A stretch of 64,000 bases of DNA from positions 14,486-78,485 of the forward strand of contig CAZAUQ010000002.1 in NCBI GenBank assembly GCA_964488495.1, in the 5' to 3' direction. Each line of letters begins with the position of its first letter. The first letter of the stretch is position 1. The position numbers and the translations under genes were made by a program. Below are positions 19,639 through 28,223 of this stretch, in pieces. The DNA comes from an uncultured Bacteroidales bacterium (lineage in GTDB: Bacteria; Bacteroidota; Bacteroidia; Bacteroidales; UBA1402). The notes under the pieces are model-generated. The model ran no database searches. It saw nothing but the letters and a program-made list of their open reading frames with translations, and was not told the DNA's origin.

Positions 19639-20123
19639 TGAGTACCAAAAATCTTTCTGAATACAACCCTGATACTCTGCCCGATGCATCCGATATGAGA
19701 ATTGGCATTGTGGTATCCGAATGGAATTACGATGTCACGGTCAAGTTGCTGGAAGGAGCCCGTCAGTTTTTACTGAATAACAAAGTAGATCCCGAAAACA
19801 TTCTGGTTGCCTGGGTTCCGGGCAGTTTTGAATTGATTTACGGGGCTGCCAGAATGGAAGCTGTTGCCTCTGTGGATGCCGTCATTGCTTTGGGTAGCGT
19901 AATTCGCGGAGAAACACCTCATTTCGAGTATGTTTGTTCAGGAGTGACACAGGGCATCGCCCAATTAAATGCCAAAGGAAGCATTCCCTTTATTTTCGGT
20001 TTGCTTACTACCAACGATATACAGCAGGCTTTAAACCGGGCTGGCGGTATACACGGGAACAAAGGAGTGGAAGCAGCCAAAACTGCTGTACAAATGATTT
20101 ACTTCAATCGACAACTGAAATAA
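19638..20123 (+). CDS. ribH: 6,7-dimethyl-8-ribityllumazine synthase
   Basis: The 161-aa product contains RIGIVVSEWN, VPGSFELIY and VIRGETPHFEYV, which are typical RibH blocks. Confidence 0.92.
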   Translation: MSTKNLSEYNPDTLPDASDMRIGIVVSEWNYDVTVKLLEGARQFLLNNKVDPENILVAWVPGSFELIYGAARMEAVASVDAVIALGSVIRGETPHFEYVCSGVTQGIAQLNAKGSIPFIFGLLTTNDIQQALNRAGGIHGNKGVEAAKTAVQMIYFNRQLK

Positions 20124-20195
20124 TTCAGAATAAATAATCTTGCAGTAAAATCCCGGTACATTTCTTCAAGCCTCGGCTACCGGATAGTTGACCGA

Positions 20196-22049
20196 TTATT
20201 CCAACTCAAGGTTTAATTTTTGTTTCAGGTTTTGCAGGTTCGGATTCTTTTTGATCATTTCTTCCAACTGATCCTGAGAGCTTAAGGGCTTTTTTAACTC
20301 ATTCTCTTCACTGATTCGCAACTGCATATGCACTTTGCCGTTTTGTAAATCCTCTTGCAAGCGGTTTTCTATTTCTCCCCGAATGGCTTCGAGTCGTTGA
20401 GCGGTCAATGGATGGAATACCACCACTTCAAAATCACTTTTGTTCAGCAAACGAGGTTTGCAGGCCTGCATGGAGTTCAATAAATAAGGATCTTCCCTCA
20501 GTGTGCCGGCAAAACGAAGCCAGGCCTTAATCAGGTCCTTTTCGTCAAAATGTTCTTCAGCCTTTACGACTTCTTTTTTGGCTGCCTCCTCGTTTTGAAT
20601 TTCTTCTGCTTGCATTTTACGACGGCGTATGGAAGTAGTCAGGCCTGGCAAGGCTCTTTCTTTAGCTGCCCCGGTGGTGGAATTTTGATTATTAGGGGCG
20701 GGTTCAGGCTGTGCCGATTGCTGATACTTTACAGCCTCTTTGTCGGGCTCCCTGCTGCTGGATTGAGGAATTGTTTGGAGTGCCGGATTGGCCTGAGAGG
20801 TGGCATTTGTCTGTTTGGCCGGCATTGATTGAGTTGTTGGCACAGACAGAAGGGGAGTAGTTGTCTGAGTTTTCGCTTCAACCCTGGGAAGGGGATTGTT
20901 TTCGGCTTTAGCCGCTGCGAGTTTATCGGTTTTCAGGTCGTCCTGTTTTTTTTTTGCTTCGCCAGTCAGGCAAAGTTGAATCAGGCAAAGTTCCACCAAC
21001 AGGCGCTTGTTTTTGCTTTGATTATACTGCAGGCTGCATTCATTACTCAGTTTAAGAGCTCTGAACAGAAAGCCCATACTGCATTCTTCAGCTTGTTTTT
21101 TGTATTTGACACGCACACTCTCAGCTTGCTCCAGCAGACTTATGCTTCGGGAATCTTTTGAAACCATCAGATCTCTGAAATGAGAAGCCAGGCCATTGAT
21201 GAAATGCATGCCTTCAAAGCCCAGGTTCAAAATCTGATCAAACAACAGCAATGCCTCTGTAGTGTTTTCGTTCAAAAAAGCCTCAACCAGCCTGAAATAA
21301 AAATCGTAATCCAGTATATTCAGATTATCGATGACATGCTGATATGTAATTTTACCTTCACCGTAACTGCAAACCTGGTCAAAAATTGAGAGGGCATCGC
21401 GCATGCCACCGTCTGATTTCAGGGCAATAGCGTTCAGGGCTTCAGGTACTGTTTCGATTCCTTCTGAGTCGGCAACATACTGCAGATAGGCGCTGATGTC
21501 GTTGATGCTGATGCGGTGAAAATCGTAAATTTGACAACGGGAGAGTATAGTAGGTATAATTTTATGCTTTTCGGTGGTTGCCAGAATAAAAACAGCATGA
21601 GCGGGGGGCTCTTCCAGAGTTTTGAGGAAGGCGTTAAACGCACTGGAAGAGAGCATGTGTACTTCGTCGATAATGTAAACCTTGTATTTACCCAGTTGTG
21701 GCGGAATGCGCACTTGTTCGGTCAGGGAACGGATGTCGTCCACCGAATTATTGGAGGCGGCATCCAGTTCGTGAATGTTATATGAACGCTGCTCGTTGAA
21801 AGAAACGCAGGATTCGCATTTATTGCAGGCTTCTCCCTGGTTGTTGGGATGAAAGCAATTGATGGCCTTTGCAAAAATTCTGGCGCAGGTGGTTTTACCA
21901 ACTCCTCTGGGGCCGCAAAACAAATAGGCATGAGCCAGTTGCTTGTTTTTGATGGCATTTTGGAGAGTTGTAGTAAGGGCGCTCTGTCCGACGACCGATT
22001 TAAAGTTGTCCGGACGGTATTTTCGTGCTGAAACCAAATAATTTTCCAT
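20196..22049 (-). CDS. dnaX: DNA polymerase III subunit gamma/tau
   Basis: It has Walker A GPRGVGKTTCARIFAK, the zinc module CNKCESC, Walker B IIDEVHMLS and sensor SRCQ, followed by a Q/P/T-rich linker and a C-terminal domain. The start MENYLVSARKYRP at 22049 is supported by the promoter box at 22077. Confidence 0.93.
   Translation of the reverse strand: MENYLVSARKYRPDNFKSVVGQSALTTTLQNAIKNKQLAHAYLFCGPRGVGKTTCARIFAKAINCFHPNNQGEACNKCESCVSFNEQRSYNIHELDAASNNSVDDIRSLTEQVRIPPQLGKYKVYIIDEVHMLSSSAFNAFLKTLEEPPAHAVFILATTEKHKIIPTILSRCQIYDFHRISINDISAYLQYVADSEGIETVPEALNAIALKSDGGMRDALSIFDQVCSYGEGKITYQHVIDNLNILDYDFYFRLVEAFLNENTTEALLLFDQILNLGFEGMHFINGLASHFRDLMVSKDSRSISLLEQAESVRVKYKKQAEECSMGFLFRALKLSNECSLQYNQSKNKRLLVELCLIQLCLTGEAKKKQDDLKTDKLAAAKAENNPLPRVEAKTQTTTPLLSVPTTQSMPAKQTNATSQANPALQTIPQSSSREPDKEAVKYQQSAQPEPAPNNQNSTTGAAKERALPGLTTSIRRRKMQAEEIQNEEAAKKEVVKAEEHFDEKDLIKAWLRFAGTLREDPYLLNSMQACKPRLLNKSDFEVVVFHPLTAQRLEAIRGEIENRLQEDLQNGKVHMQLRISEENELKKPLSSQDQLEEMIKKNPNLQNLKQKLNLELE
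20946..20955 (-). other. A10 homopolymer (candidate slippery / recoding site) inside dnaX
   Basis: Plus-strand T10 at 20946..20955 corresponds to coding-strand GCA AAA AAA AAA CAG. See the finding on this site. Confidence 0.9.
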
Positions 22050-22076
22050 ACTAATTTTGCTACTGGCTAAGTTGGA

Positions 22077-22084
22077 CAAAGATA
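22077..22084 (-). promoter_or_regulatory. -7 box (TATCTTTG) for dnaX
   Basis: Plus-strand caaagata lies 27 nt upstream of the ATG at 22049. It overlaps the longer track start at 22079, which is therefore rejected. Confidence 0.55.
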
Positions 22085-22161
22085 CATAAGGCTTTTTTAA
22101 AAAGGAAGTTCCTGCAGCGATTTTTCATTCCGAATATTCTTGGGCATCCGGATAATTCTAG

Positions 22162-22169
22162 TAATTTTG
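22162..22169 (+). promoter_or_regulatory. -7 box (TAATTTTG) for the ftsB-like operon
   Basis: This perfect match lies 20 nt upstream of ATG 22190. Confidence 0.55.
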
Positions 22170-22189
22170 TCCAGTTCATAAATCCACTT

Positions 22190-22489
22190 ATGCGCAAGAT
22201 TTTAGCGTTTTACGAAAAGATTAAGCCGTATTTGAACAAATACCTGATCGTGTTGATTTTGTTCGGTGTACTGATTGTGTTCATTGATGAGCACAACCTG
22301 ATCAGGCGCATGCAATACGACCGCAAAATCAGAGATTTGCGCAAAGAAATACGACGCTACGAAAAAGAAAGAGATCATGCCCTGGAACAGCTTAAGGATT
22401 TAAGAACCGGCAGCGAAGAACTGGAGAAAATTGCCCGTGAGCGCTACCTGATGAAAAAAGACAACGAAGAAATTTTTTTACTGGAATAA
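22190..22489 (+). CDS. septum formation initiator (FtsB/DivIC-like) protein
   Basis: The 99-aa product has one N-terminal TM segment (LIVLILFGVLIVFI) and a coiled coil. It ends IARERYLMKKDNEEIF, as in FtsB/DivIC family members. Confidence 0.6.
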   Translation: MRKILAFYEKIKPYLNKYLIVLILFGVLIVFIDEHNLIRRMQYDRKIRDLRKEIRRYEKERDHALEQLKDLRTGSEELEKIARERYLMKKDNEEIFLLE

Positions 22490-22490
22490 C

Positions 22491-22835
22491 ATGTCCAAAA
22501 ATTTACTAAAAGATGGATTATTTATCGTGGCCGCGGTGCTGATCCTGATTTCCTCTGTTTTAGTAATGGAGCAATACGAATGGGCCAGATATAGTTTTGC
22601 AGCCGGAGTGGTCCTGTACATTGCCCATCGAGCCATCACAGCCTACAGAGGCAATGATTTCAGGCTTAAGCGACTTAACAGAATGTTTGCTTTCAATGCC
22701 ATCGTTTTTATGCTCGCTGTCTATCTGATGTTCAAAGACAGCAAATCCTGGGTGGCTATCTTGTTGATAGTGGCTGTGGTTGAATTGTATGTGGCATTTC
22801 GTTCAGCCTCCTACAAGAAAGAAAACGAGCAATAA
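22491..22835 (+). CDS. hypothetical small integral membrane protein
   Basis: The 114-aa product has four hydrophobic segments. Its start is 1 nt after the ftsB-like stop. I recognise no motif. Confidence 0.5.
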   Translation: MSKNLLKDGLFIVAAVLILISSVLVMEQYEWARYSFAAGVVLYIAHRAITAYRGNDFRLKRLNRMFAFNAIVFMLAVYLMFKDSKSWVAILLIVAVVELYVAFRSASYKKENEQ

Positions 22836-22836
22836 T

Positions 22837-23574
22837 ATGTCGTCCTCCTCTTTCCGTTTCAAGCAATTTGAGGTTTTTCACGACCGTTGTGCCATGAAAG
22901 TGGGTATGGACGGAGTGCTCCTGGGAGCTTGGGCAAAACCTGCTGCAGAACTTATTGAAGCATCCGGCTTAAGGATACTGGATGTAGGCAGCGGTTCCGG
23001 TTTGATTGCGTTGATGATGGCTCAGCGTTTCCCTTCATCTTCGGTTTTTGGTATAGAAAAAGACATTCAGGCGGCATTGCAGGCTCAGGAAAATGTCGCC
23101 CACAGTCCCTGGTCTGAAAGAATACAAATTATTCAGGGATCTTTCCCCGAAAGCATCAACGGCAATTTTGTTCCCGAAGAGCAACAATTCGACCTGATTG
23201 TTTCCAATCCTCCCTATTACAGGAATGGCCTGAAAGGCAGCATATATACGCGCAATCTGGCCCGCCATGGTGACAAATTAAGCTTTGAACAATTGACGAT
23301 GAGCGCTGCCGGCCTCCTGAGCGAGCAAGGGATCTTTGCACTTATCGTACCTGCCGAAGCCGCAGAATTAATGGAAGAACTCTGCTGGGGGCAGAGACTT
23401 TACCTGACAAACATCTGTCAAATTTCACATCGTCAGGGTAAAGAGCCAAAGCGTTGCCTTATGGCTTTTGCAAAATCCAGAGCGGATATTTGTCGTCAGG
23501 AATTGCAAATCGAAGACAGAAAAGGTGAATATACTCCTGAGTTCAAGGCGTTAACCTCCGATTTTTATCTATAA
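22837..23574 (+). CDS. tRNA (adenine-N6)-methyltransferase, YfiC/TrmN6-like SAM-dependent methyltransferase
   Basis: I use the start MSSSSFRFKQFEVFHDRCAMKVGMDGVLLGAWA at 22837; the track start at 22780 overlaps the previous gene. It has SAM motif I, ILDVGSGSGLIAL, and the N6-MTase motif IVSNPPYY. Confidence 0.75.
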   Translation: MSSSSFRFKQFEVFHDRCAMKVGMDGVLLGAWAKPAAELIEASGLRILDVGSGSGLIALMMAQRFPSSSVFGIEKDIQAALQAQENVAHSPWSERIQIIQGSFPESINGNFVPEEQQFDLIVSNPPYYRNGLKGSIYTRNLARHGDKLSFEQLTMSAAGLLSEQGIFALIVPAEAAELMEELCWGQRLYLTNICQISHRQGKEPKRCLMAFAKSRADICRQELQIEDRKGEYTPEFKALTSDFYL

Positions 23575-23603
23575 AACCCTTTTCATAGTACAATTTTTTA
23601 ATG

Positions 23604-23611
23604 TACCTTTG
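23604..23611 (+). promoter_or_regulatory. -7 box (TACCTTTG) for ileS
   Basis: This perfect match lies 29 nt upstream of ATG 23641. Confidence 0.55.
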
Positions 23612-23640
23612 CGCCCTTAATTAGGATAACGAACGCGAAG

Positions 23641-26600
23641 ATGTCAAAAAAATTTGCTGAGTATACTGAATTCGATTTGTCGGTTATCAACAAATCGATG
23701 TTGGAAAAATGGGAATCAAATAATCTTTTTCGGAAAAGTACGACTTTGAGAGAAGGAGGACCGTCTTTTGTTTTTTACGAAGGACCCCCCTCGGCCAATG
23801 GAATGCCCGGAATACACCATGTAATGGCCAGGACTATTAAAGATATTTTTTGCCGTTACAAAACCATGAAAGGCTTTGAGGTAAAGCGCAAAGCCGGTTG
23901 GGACACCCACGGCCTTCCGGTGGAACTGGGAGTGGAAAAAGCCTTGGGAATTACCAAAGAAGATATTGGCAAAAATATTTCTGTGATCGACTACAATGCT
24001 GCTTGCCGTAAGGACGTGATGAAATACACCCGCGAATGGGAAGACCTTACCCGACGGATGGGTTATTGGGTTGATATGTCCGATCCCTACATTACCTATG
24101 ACAATCGTTATATTGAAACGCTGTGGTACCTTCTTAAGGAGTTATACAAAAAAGGCTTGCTCTACAAGGGTTACACTATACAACCTTATTCTCCTGCCGC
24201 CGGTTCAGGGCTGAGTACCCATGAATTGAATCAGCCCGGCTGCTACAGGGACGTTAAAGATACTACCTGTGTGGCTCAATTCAGAATAAAAAATCCACGT
24301 CCTGAATGGAGTCAGCACGGAGATGCCTTTTTCCTGGCCTGGACCACAACTCCCTGGACTTTGCCCTCCAATACGGCTCTTTGTGTGGGCCCGGCTATCA
24401 ACTATGTAGCAGTGCAAAGTTATAATTTTTACACAGGCCAACCGGCCACGTATATCTTAGCCAAAGAATTACTGAATGCTCATTTCAATCCCAAGGCCGC
24501 AAGTCTGCCAATGGACCATTACCAGGCGGGAGAAAAGAGTATTCCTTACAAAGTGTTGGCACAGGAATACAAAGGAGATGAATTGCTGGGTATACAATAC
24601 GAGCAATTAATTCCCTGGATCAATCCCGGAGGAAAGGCATTTGAGGTCATCAGTGGTGACTATGTCTCCACCGAAGACGGTACCGGCATTGTACACATTG
24701 CCCCTACTTTTGGAGCTGACGACCAGTTTGTGGCAAAAAAATTCAACATTAGCCCTCTCTTATTAATTGATAAAGACGGTAATACTCGTCCCATGGTGGA
24801 CATGAGCGGTAAATTTTTCAGGTTGGAAGATCTCGATCCTGCCTTCGTCAGTAGCAATATAAATGTAGAAAAATACGCACCTTACGCAGGTCGTTATGTC
24901 AAGAACGAATATATACCTGAAGCCTCCGAAAACGAAGCTAATCTGGATGTAGATCTTTGTGTGATGCTAAAGCAGGAGAACCGTGTATTTAAAATTGAAA
25001 AGCAGGTTCACAATTATCCTCATTGCTGGCGCACAGACAAGCCCATTCTTTATTATCCCATGGACAGCTGGTTTATAAAATCGACTGCCTGTCGCGAACA
25101 AATGATTGCCCTCAACCAGACCATATTGTGGAAACCTGGCTCGACAGGTACCGGTCGTTTTGGCAAATGGCTGGAGAATCTGCAGGATTGGAACCTCTCA
25201 CGTAGCCGCTTCTGGGGTACACCTCTACCCATTTGGCGTACTGAAGACGGAAGCGAAGAGCTTTGTATTGGATCGATAGCCGAGTTGTACGAAGAGATAG
25301 AGAAAGCAGTCAGACTGGGATTCATGAAAGAAAATCCTTATAAGGATTTTATTCCTGGTCTGTATACGGCCCAAAATTATTCGGTAGAGAAAATAGATCT
25401 GCATCGTCCTTATGTGGATGAAATTGTGCTGGTTTCTCCTTCGGGAAAAGTCATGAAACGTGAACCTGACCTGATTGATGTCTGGTTTGATTCCGGGGCC
25501 ATGCCTTATGCCCAAATTCATTACCCCTTCGAAAACAAAGAAGCCTTTGATTCAGGTCAATGTTATCCTGCCGACTTCATTGCAGAGGGGGTAGACCAGA
25601 CCCGTGGATGGTTTTTCACCCTGCACGCCCTGGCGGTTATGCTCTTTAATTCTGTTGCCTTTAAAAGTGTGGTTTCCAATGGTTTGGTTCTCGACAAGAA
25701 CGGCAACAAAATGTCCAAACGTCTGGGTAACGCCGTAGATCCTTTCGGTACTATCGAAAAATACGGCTCGGATCCTCTGCGCTGGTACATGATTACCAAC
25801 GCCTCTCCCTGGGATAATTTGAAATTTGATGAAGAAGGCATAGAGGAAGTTAGAAGGAAGTTTTTTGGCACTCTGTACAATACTTATTCTTTCTTTGTTT
25901 TGTATGCCAACGTAGATGGTTTCGACAATCAGGCAGCACAAATTCCTTTGCAGGAAAGACCGGAAATTGATCGTTGGATTCTTTCACAGCTGAATAGCCT
26001 GATTCGCGATACAGATCAGTACTATAACGACTACGAAGCCACAAAATCGGGACGCGCAATAGCGGACTTCGTAGGGGAAAATTTGAGTAACTGGTACGTT
26101 CGTCTCAACCGTAAACGCTTTTGGGGCGGGGGATATTCCAAAGATAAACTTTCGGCTTATCAGACTTTGTATACTTGTCTGGAAGCCGTATCCCGCCTGA
26201 TGGCTCCCATTGCTCCTTTTTACGCAGACCGACTGTTTCTGGATCTAAACGCCGTCGCAAAAGGAGAGCCCTGTGAATCTGTTCACCTGGCCGATTATCC
26301 ACAATGTGATTACGAAGCTATAGATACCGATCTGGAGAACCGTATGCAGATGGCTCAGCAAATATCATCCATGGTGTTGGCACTGAGACGCAAAGTGAAT
26401 ATCAGGGTCAGGCAACCCCTGCAGACTATCATGATTCCTGCTTTGGATGCTGCCCAGAAAACAGCTATCGAAGCAGTTCGGGAGCTCATTCTAAATGAGG
26501 TCAACGTGAAGGATTTAAAGTTCATAGATACTGCCGGAGGCTTGTTGATTAAGCGCATCAAACCCGATTTTAAAAAGCTGGGTCCTAAATGCGGAAAAAA

Positions 26601-27069
26601 CATGAAGCTGGCCGCCAGGATTTTGAGCGAAATGCAACAAGATGCCATTGCCTTATTTGAACAAAAAGGCTATTGTATACTAGAACTGGAAGGTCAGAAT
26701 CTGCGTGTTGAAGCCAACGATGTGGAAATTCTCTCGGAAGATATCCCCGGTTGGCTGATGGCCAACGAAGGACGTCTTACAGTAGCCCTCGATGTCAGTA
26801 TTACCGAAGAATTGAAGAGGGAAGGTCTGGCCCGCGAACTGGTAAATCGAATACAGAATCTGCGCAAAGCTCAGAATTTTGAGATAACCGACCGCATTCA
26901 TATTCTTATTGAAAAGCATCCGGCTTTTGCAGGAACCATGGAAGATTGGGGAGAATATATCTCTGCTCAGACCTTAGGTTTAAGTTTGCGACAAGTCGAT
27001 TTGATCGAGGATGGAACAGAATTAGACATGGATGAGTTATCCTTAAAAATAAAAGTTTTAAAAGCGTAA
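23641..27069 (+). CDS. ileS: isoleucine--tRNA ligase (long, type 2 form)
   Basis: The 1142-aa product has the HIGH motif PSANGMPGIHHVMAR and the KMSKS motif KMSKRLGN. The WTTTPWTLPSN block marks the editing-domain entry. Confidence 0.97.
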   Translation: MSKKFAEYTEFDLSVINKSMLEKWESNNLFRKSTTLREGGPSFVFYEGPPSANGMPGIHHVMARTIKDIFCRYKTMKGFEVKRKAGWDTHGLPVELGVEKALGITKEDIGKNISVIDYNAACRKDVMKYTREWEDLTRRMGYWVDMSDPYITYDNRYIETLWYLLKELYKKGLLYKGYTIQPYSPAAGSGLSTHELNQPGCYRDVKDTTCVAQFRIKNPRPEWSQHGDAFFLAWTTTPWTLPSNTALCVGPAINYVAVQSYNFYTGQPATYILAKELLNAHFNPKAASLPMDHYQAGEKSIPYKVLAQEYKGDELLGIQYEQLIPWINPGGKAFEVISGDYVSTEDGTGIVHIAPTFGADDQFVAKKFNISPLLLIDKDGNTRPMVDMSGKFFRLEDLDPAFVSSNINVEKYAPYAGRYVKNEYIPEASENEANLDVDLCVMLKQENRVFKIEKQVHNYPHCWRTDKPILYYPMDSWFIKSTACREQMIALNQTILWKPGSTGTGRFGKWLENLQDWNLSRSRFWGTPLPIWRTEDGSEELCIGSIAELYEEIEKAVRLGFMKENPYKDFIPGLYTAQNYSVEKIDLHRPYVDEIVLVSPSGKVMKREPDLIDVWFDSGAMPYAQIHYPFENKEAFDSGQCYPADFIAEGVDQTRGWFFTLHALAVMLFNSVAFKSVVSNGLVLDKNGNKMSKRLGNAVDPFGTIEKYGSDPLRWYMITNASPWDNLKFDEEGIEEVRRKFFGTLYNTYSFFVLYANVDGFDNQAAQIPLQERPEIDRWILSQLNSLIRDTDQYYNDYEATKSGRAIADFVGENLSNWYVRLNRKRFWGGGYSKDKLSAYQTLYTCLEAVSRLMAPIAPFYADRLFLDLNAVAKGEPCESVHLADYPQCDYEAIDTDLENRMQMAQQISSMVLALRRKVNIRVRQPLQTIMIPALDAAQKTAIEAVRELILNEVNVKDLKFIDTAGGLLIKRIKPDFKKLGPKCGKNMKLAARILSEMQQDAIALFEQKGYCILELEGQNLRVEANDVEILSEDIPGWLMANEGRLTVALDVSITEELKREGLARELVNRIQNLRKAQNFEITDRIHILIEKHPAFAGTMEDWGEYISAQTLGLSLRQVDLIEDGTELDMDELSLKIKVLKA

Positions 27070-27177
27070 TTTTTTTAAAAAGTCAGATACTTTTTTTCTA
27101 TTGATATCGATGTTTATTTTTGCTATATTCGCAGATTAAAATTCAAACAAGAGATTAACCATATAATACAAAATACC

Positions 27178-27555
27178 ATGTCGGAAATTATACGTTATTC
27201 AGATGCAGAACTGGAAGAATTTCGTCAACTGATTCAAAAAAAACTGGACAAGGCCAGGGATGAGTATGAACAATTAAAAGCTAGCATCAATAATATGGAT
27301 GGTAATGACGTAACGGATACTTCTCCCATCTTCAAGGTTTTTGAAGAAGGTGCCAATACTTTGTTAAAAGAAGAAACCGGTCGTCTTGCCCAACGTCAGA
27401 TGAAATTCATAGAAAATCTGGAAGCAGCCTTGGTTCGTATTGAAAACAAAACCTACGGAATATGCAGGGAAACCGGGAAGCTCATTCCTAAAGAGCGCTT
27501 ACGTGCGGTTCCACATGCAACGCTGAGTATTGAAGCCAAAAATATTAAGTCTTAA
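27178..27555 (+). CDS. DksA/TraR-family protein with a degenerate (single-Cys) zinc-finger region
   Basis: The 125-aa product has a coiled-coil N-terminal half with the acidic tip DGNDVTD. The C-terminal region YGICRETGKLIPKERLRAVPHATLSIEAK has C-x2-T-x17-S-x2-A where the canonical family has C-x2-C-x17-C-x2-C. Confidence 0.7.
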   Translation: MSEIIRYSDAELEEFRQLIQKKLDKARDEYEQLKASINNMDGNDVTDTSPIFKVFEEGANTLLKEETGRLAQRQMKFIENLEAALVRIENKTYGICRETGKLIPKERLRAVPHATLSIEAKNIKS

Positions 27556-27558
27556 AGG

Positions 27559-28212
27559 ATGGGAAAACTTTCCAAAGTATGGAAAGCGTTTATTCTAATT
27601 GCGATCATTCTAATTGTAGATCAAGCGGTTAAGGTATATATAAAAACGCACTTCCAGTTGCATGAAAGCATTCGTGTAGCCGATTGGTTTTATATATACT
27701 TTACCGAAAACAACGGTATGGCGTTTGGCTGGGAATTCTTTGACAAGATATTTTTAACCTTGTTCAGACTGATTGCTGCCGGCTTACTGATATGGTATAT
27801 GGTTCACATCAGCCGGAAAAGACAATTCCCTACAGGTTATGTATTGAGTATCGCGCTTATCATTGCAGGCGCCCTGGGCAATGTGATCGATTGTGTGTTT
27901 TACGGTTTGATTTTTGATCACAGTTATGGACAGGTAGCCGGATTTTTTCCTGAGGGCGGCGGTTATGCCCCCGTCTTTTATGGCAAAGTGGTAGATATGC
28001 TTTTTTTCCCGTTGATAGATACCACTTTACCTGATTGGCTGCCTTTTTGGGGTGGTCGTGATTTTTTGTTTTTCAGGCCTGTTTTTAATATTGCTGATGC
28101 CTCAATTACTACAGGTATCCTGATACTGTTGATTTTTTATCGCTCATATCTCGCCGAGGATACAGGAAAGAAAAGCAAGAAAAACAAGGCAGATTCTCCT
28201 CTCCCAAGCTGA
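27559..28212 (+). CDS. lspA: lipoprotein signal peptidase (signal peptidase II)
   Basis: The 217-aa product has four TM segments and the conserved blocks NNGMAFGW, GNVIDCVFYG and FNIADASI (catalytic Asp). Confidence 0.87.
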   Translation: MGKLSKVWKAFILIAIILIVDQAVKVYIKTHFQLHESIRVADWFYIYFTENNGMAFGWEFFDKIFLTLFRLIAAGLLIWYMVHISRKRQFPTGYVLSIALIIAGALGNVIDCVFYGLIFDHSYGQVAGFFPEGGGYAPVFYGKVVDMLFFPLIDTTLPDWLPFWGGRDFLFFRPVFNIADASITTGILILLIFYRSYLAEDTGKKSKKNKADSPLPS

Positions 28213-28223
28213 CCATCGTGCTT

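Noticed and set aside
20124-20195. I considered a terminator hairpin between ribH and dnaX (CCGGTA..TACCGG, 20153..20182).
   Set aside because: It has only a 6-bp stem with an 18-nt loop and no U-tract on either strand, which is too weak to call.
27077-27097. I considered a possible ileS terminator, AAAAAGT-CAGAT-ACTTTTT followed by TT.
   Set aside because: The 7-bp stem has a single G-C pair, and the structure is indistinguishable from a chance A-run/T-run pairing. I left it uncalled.
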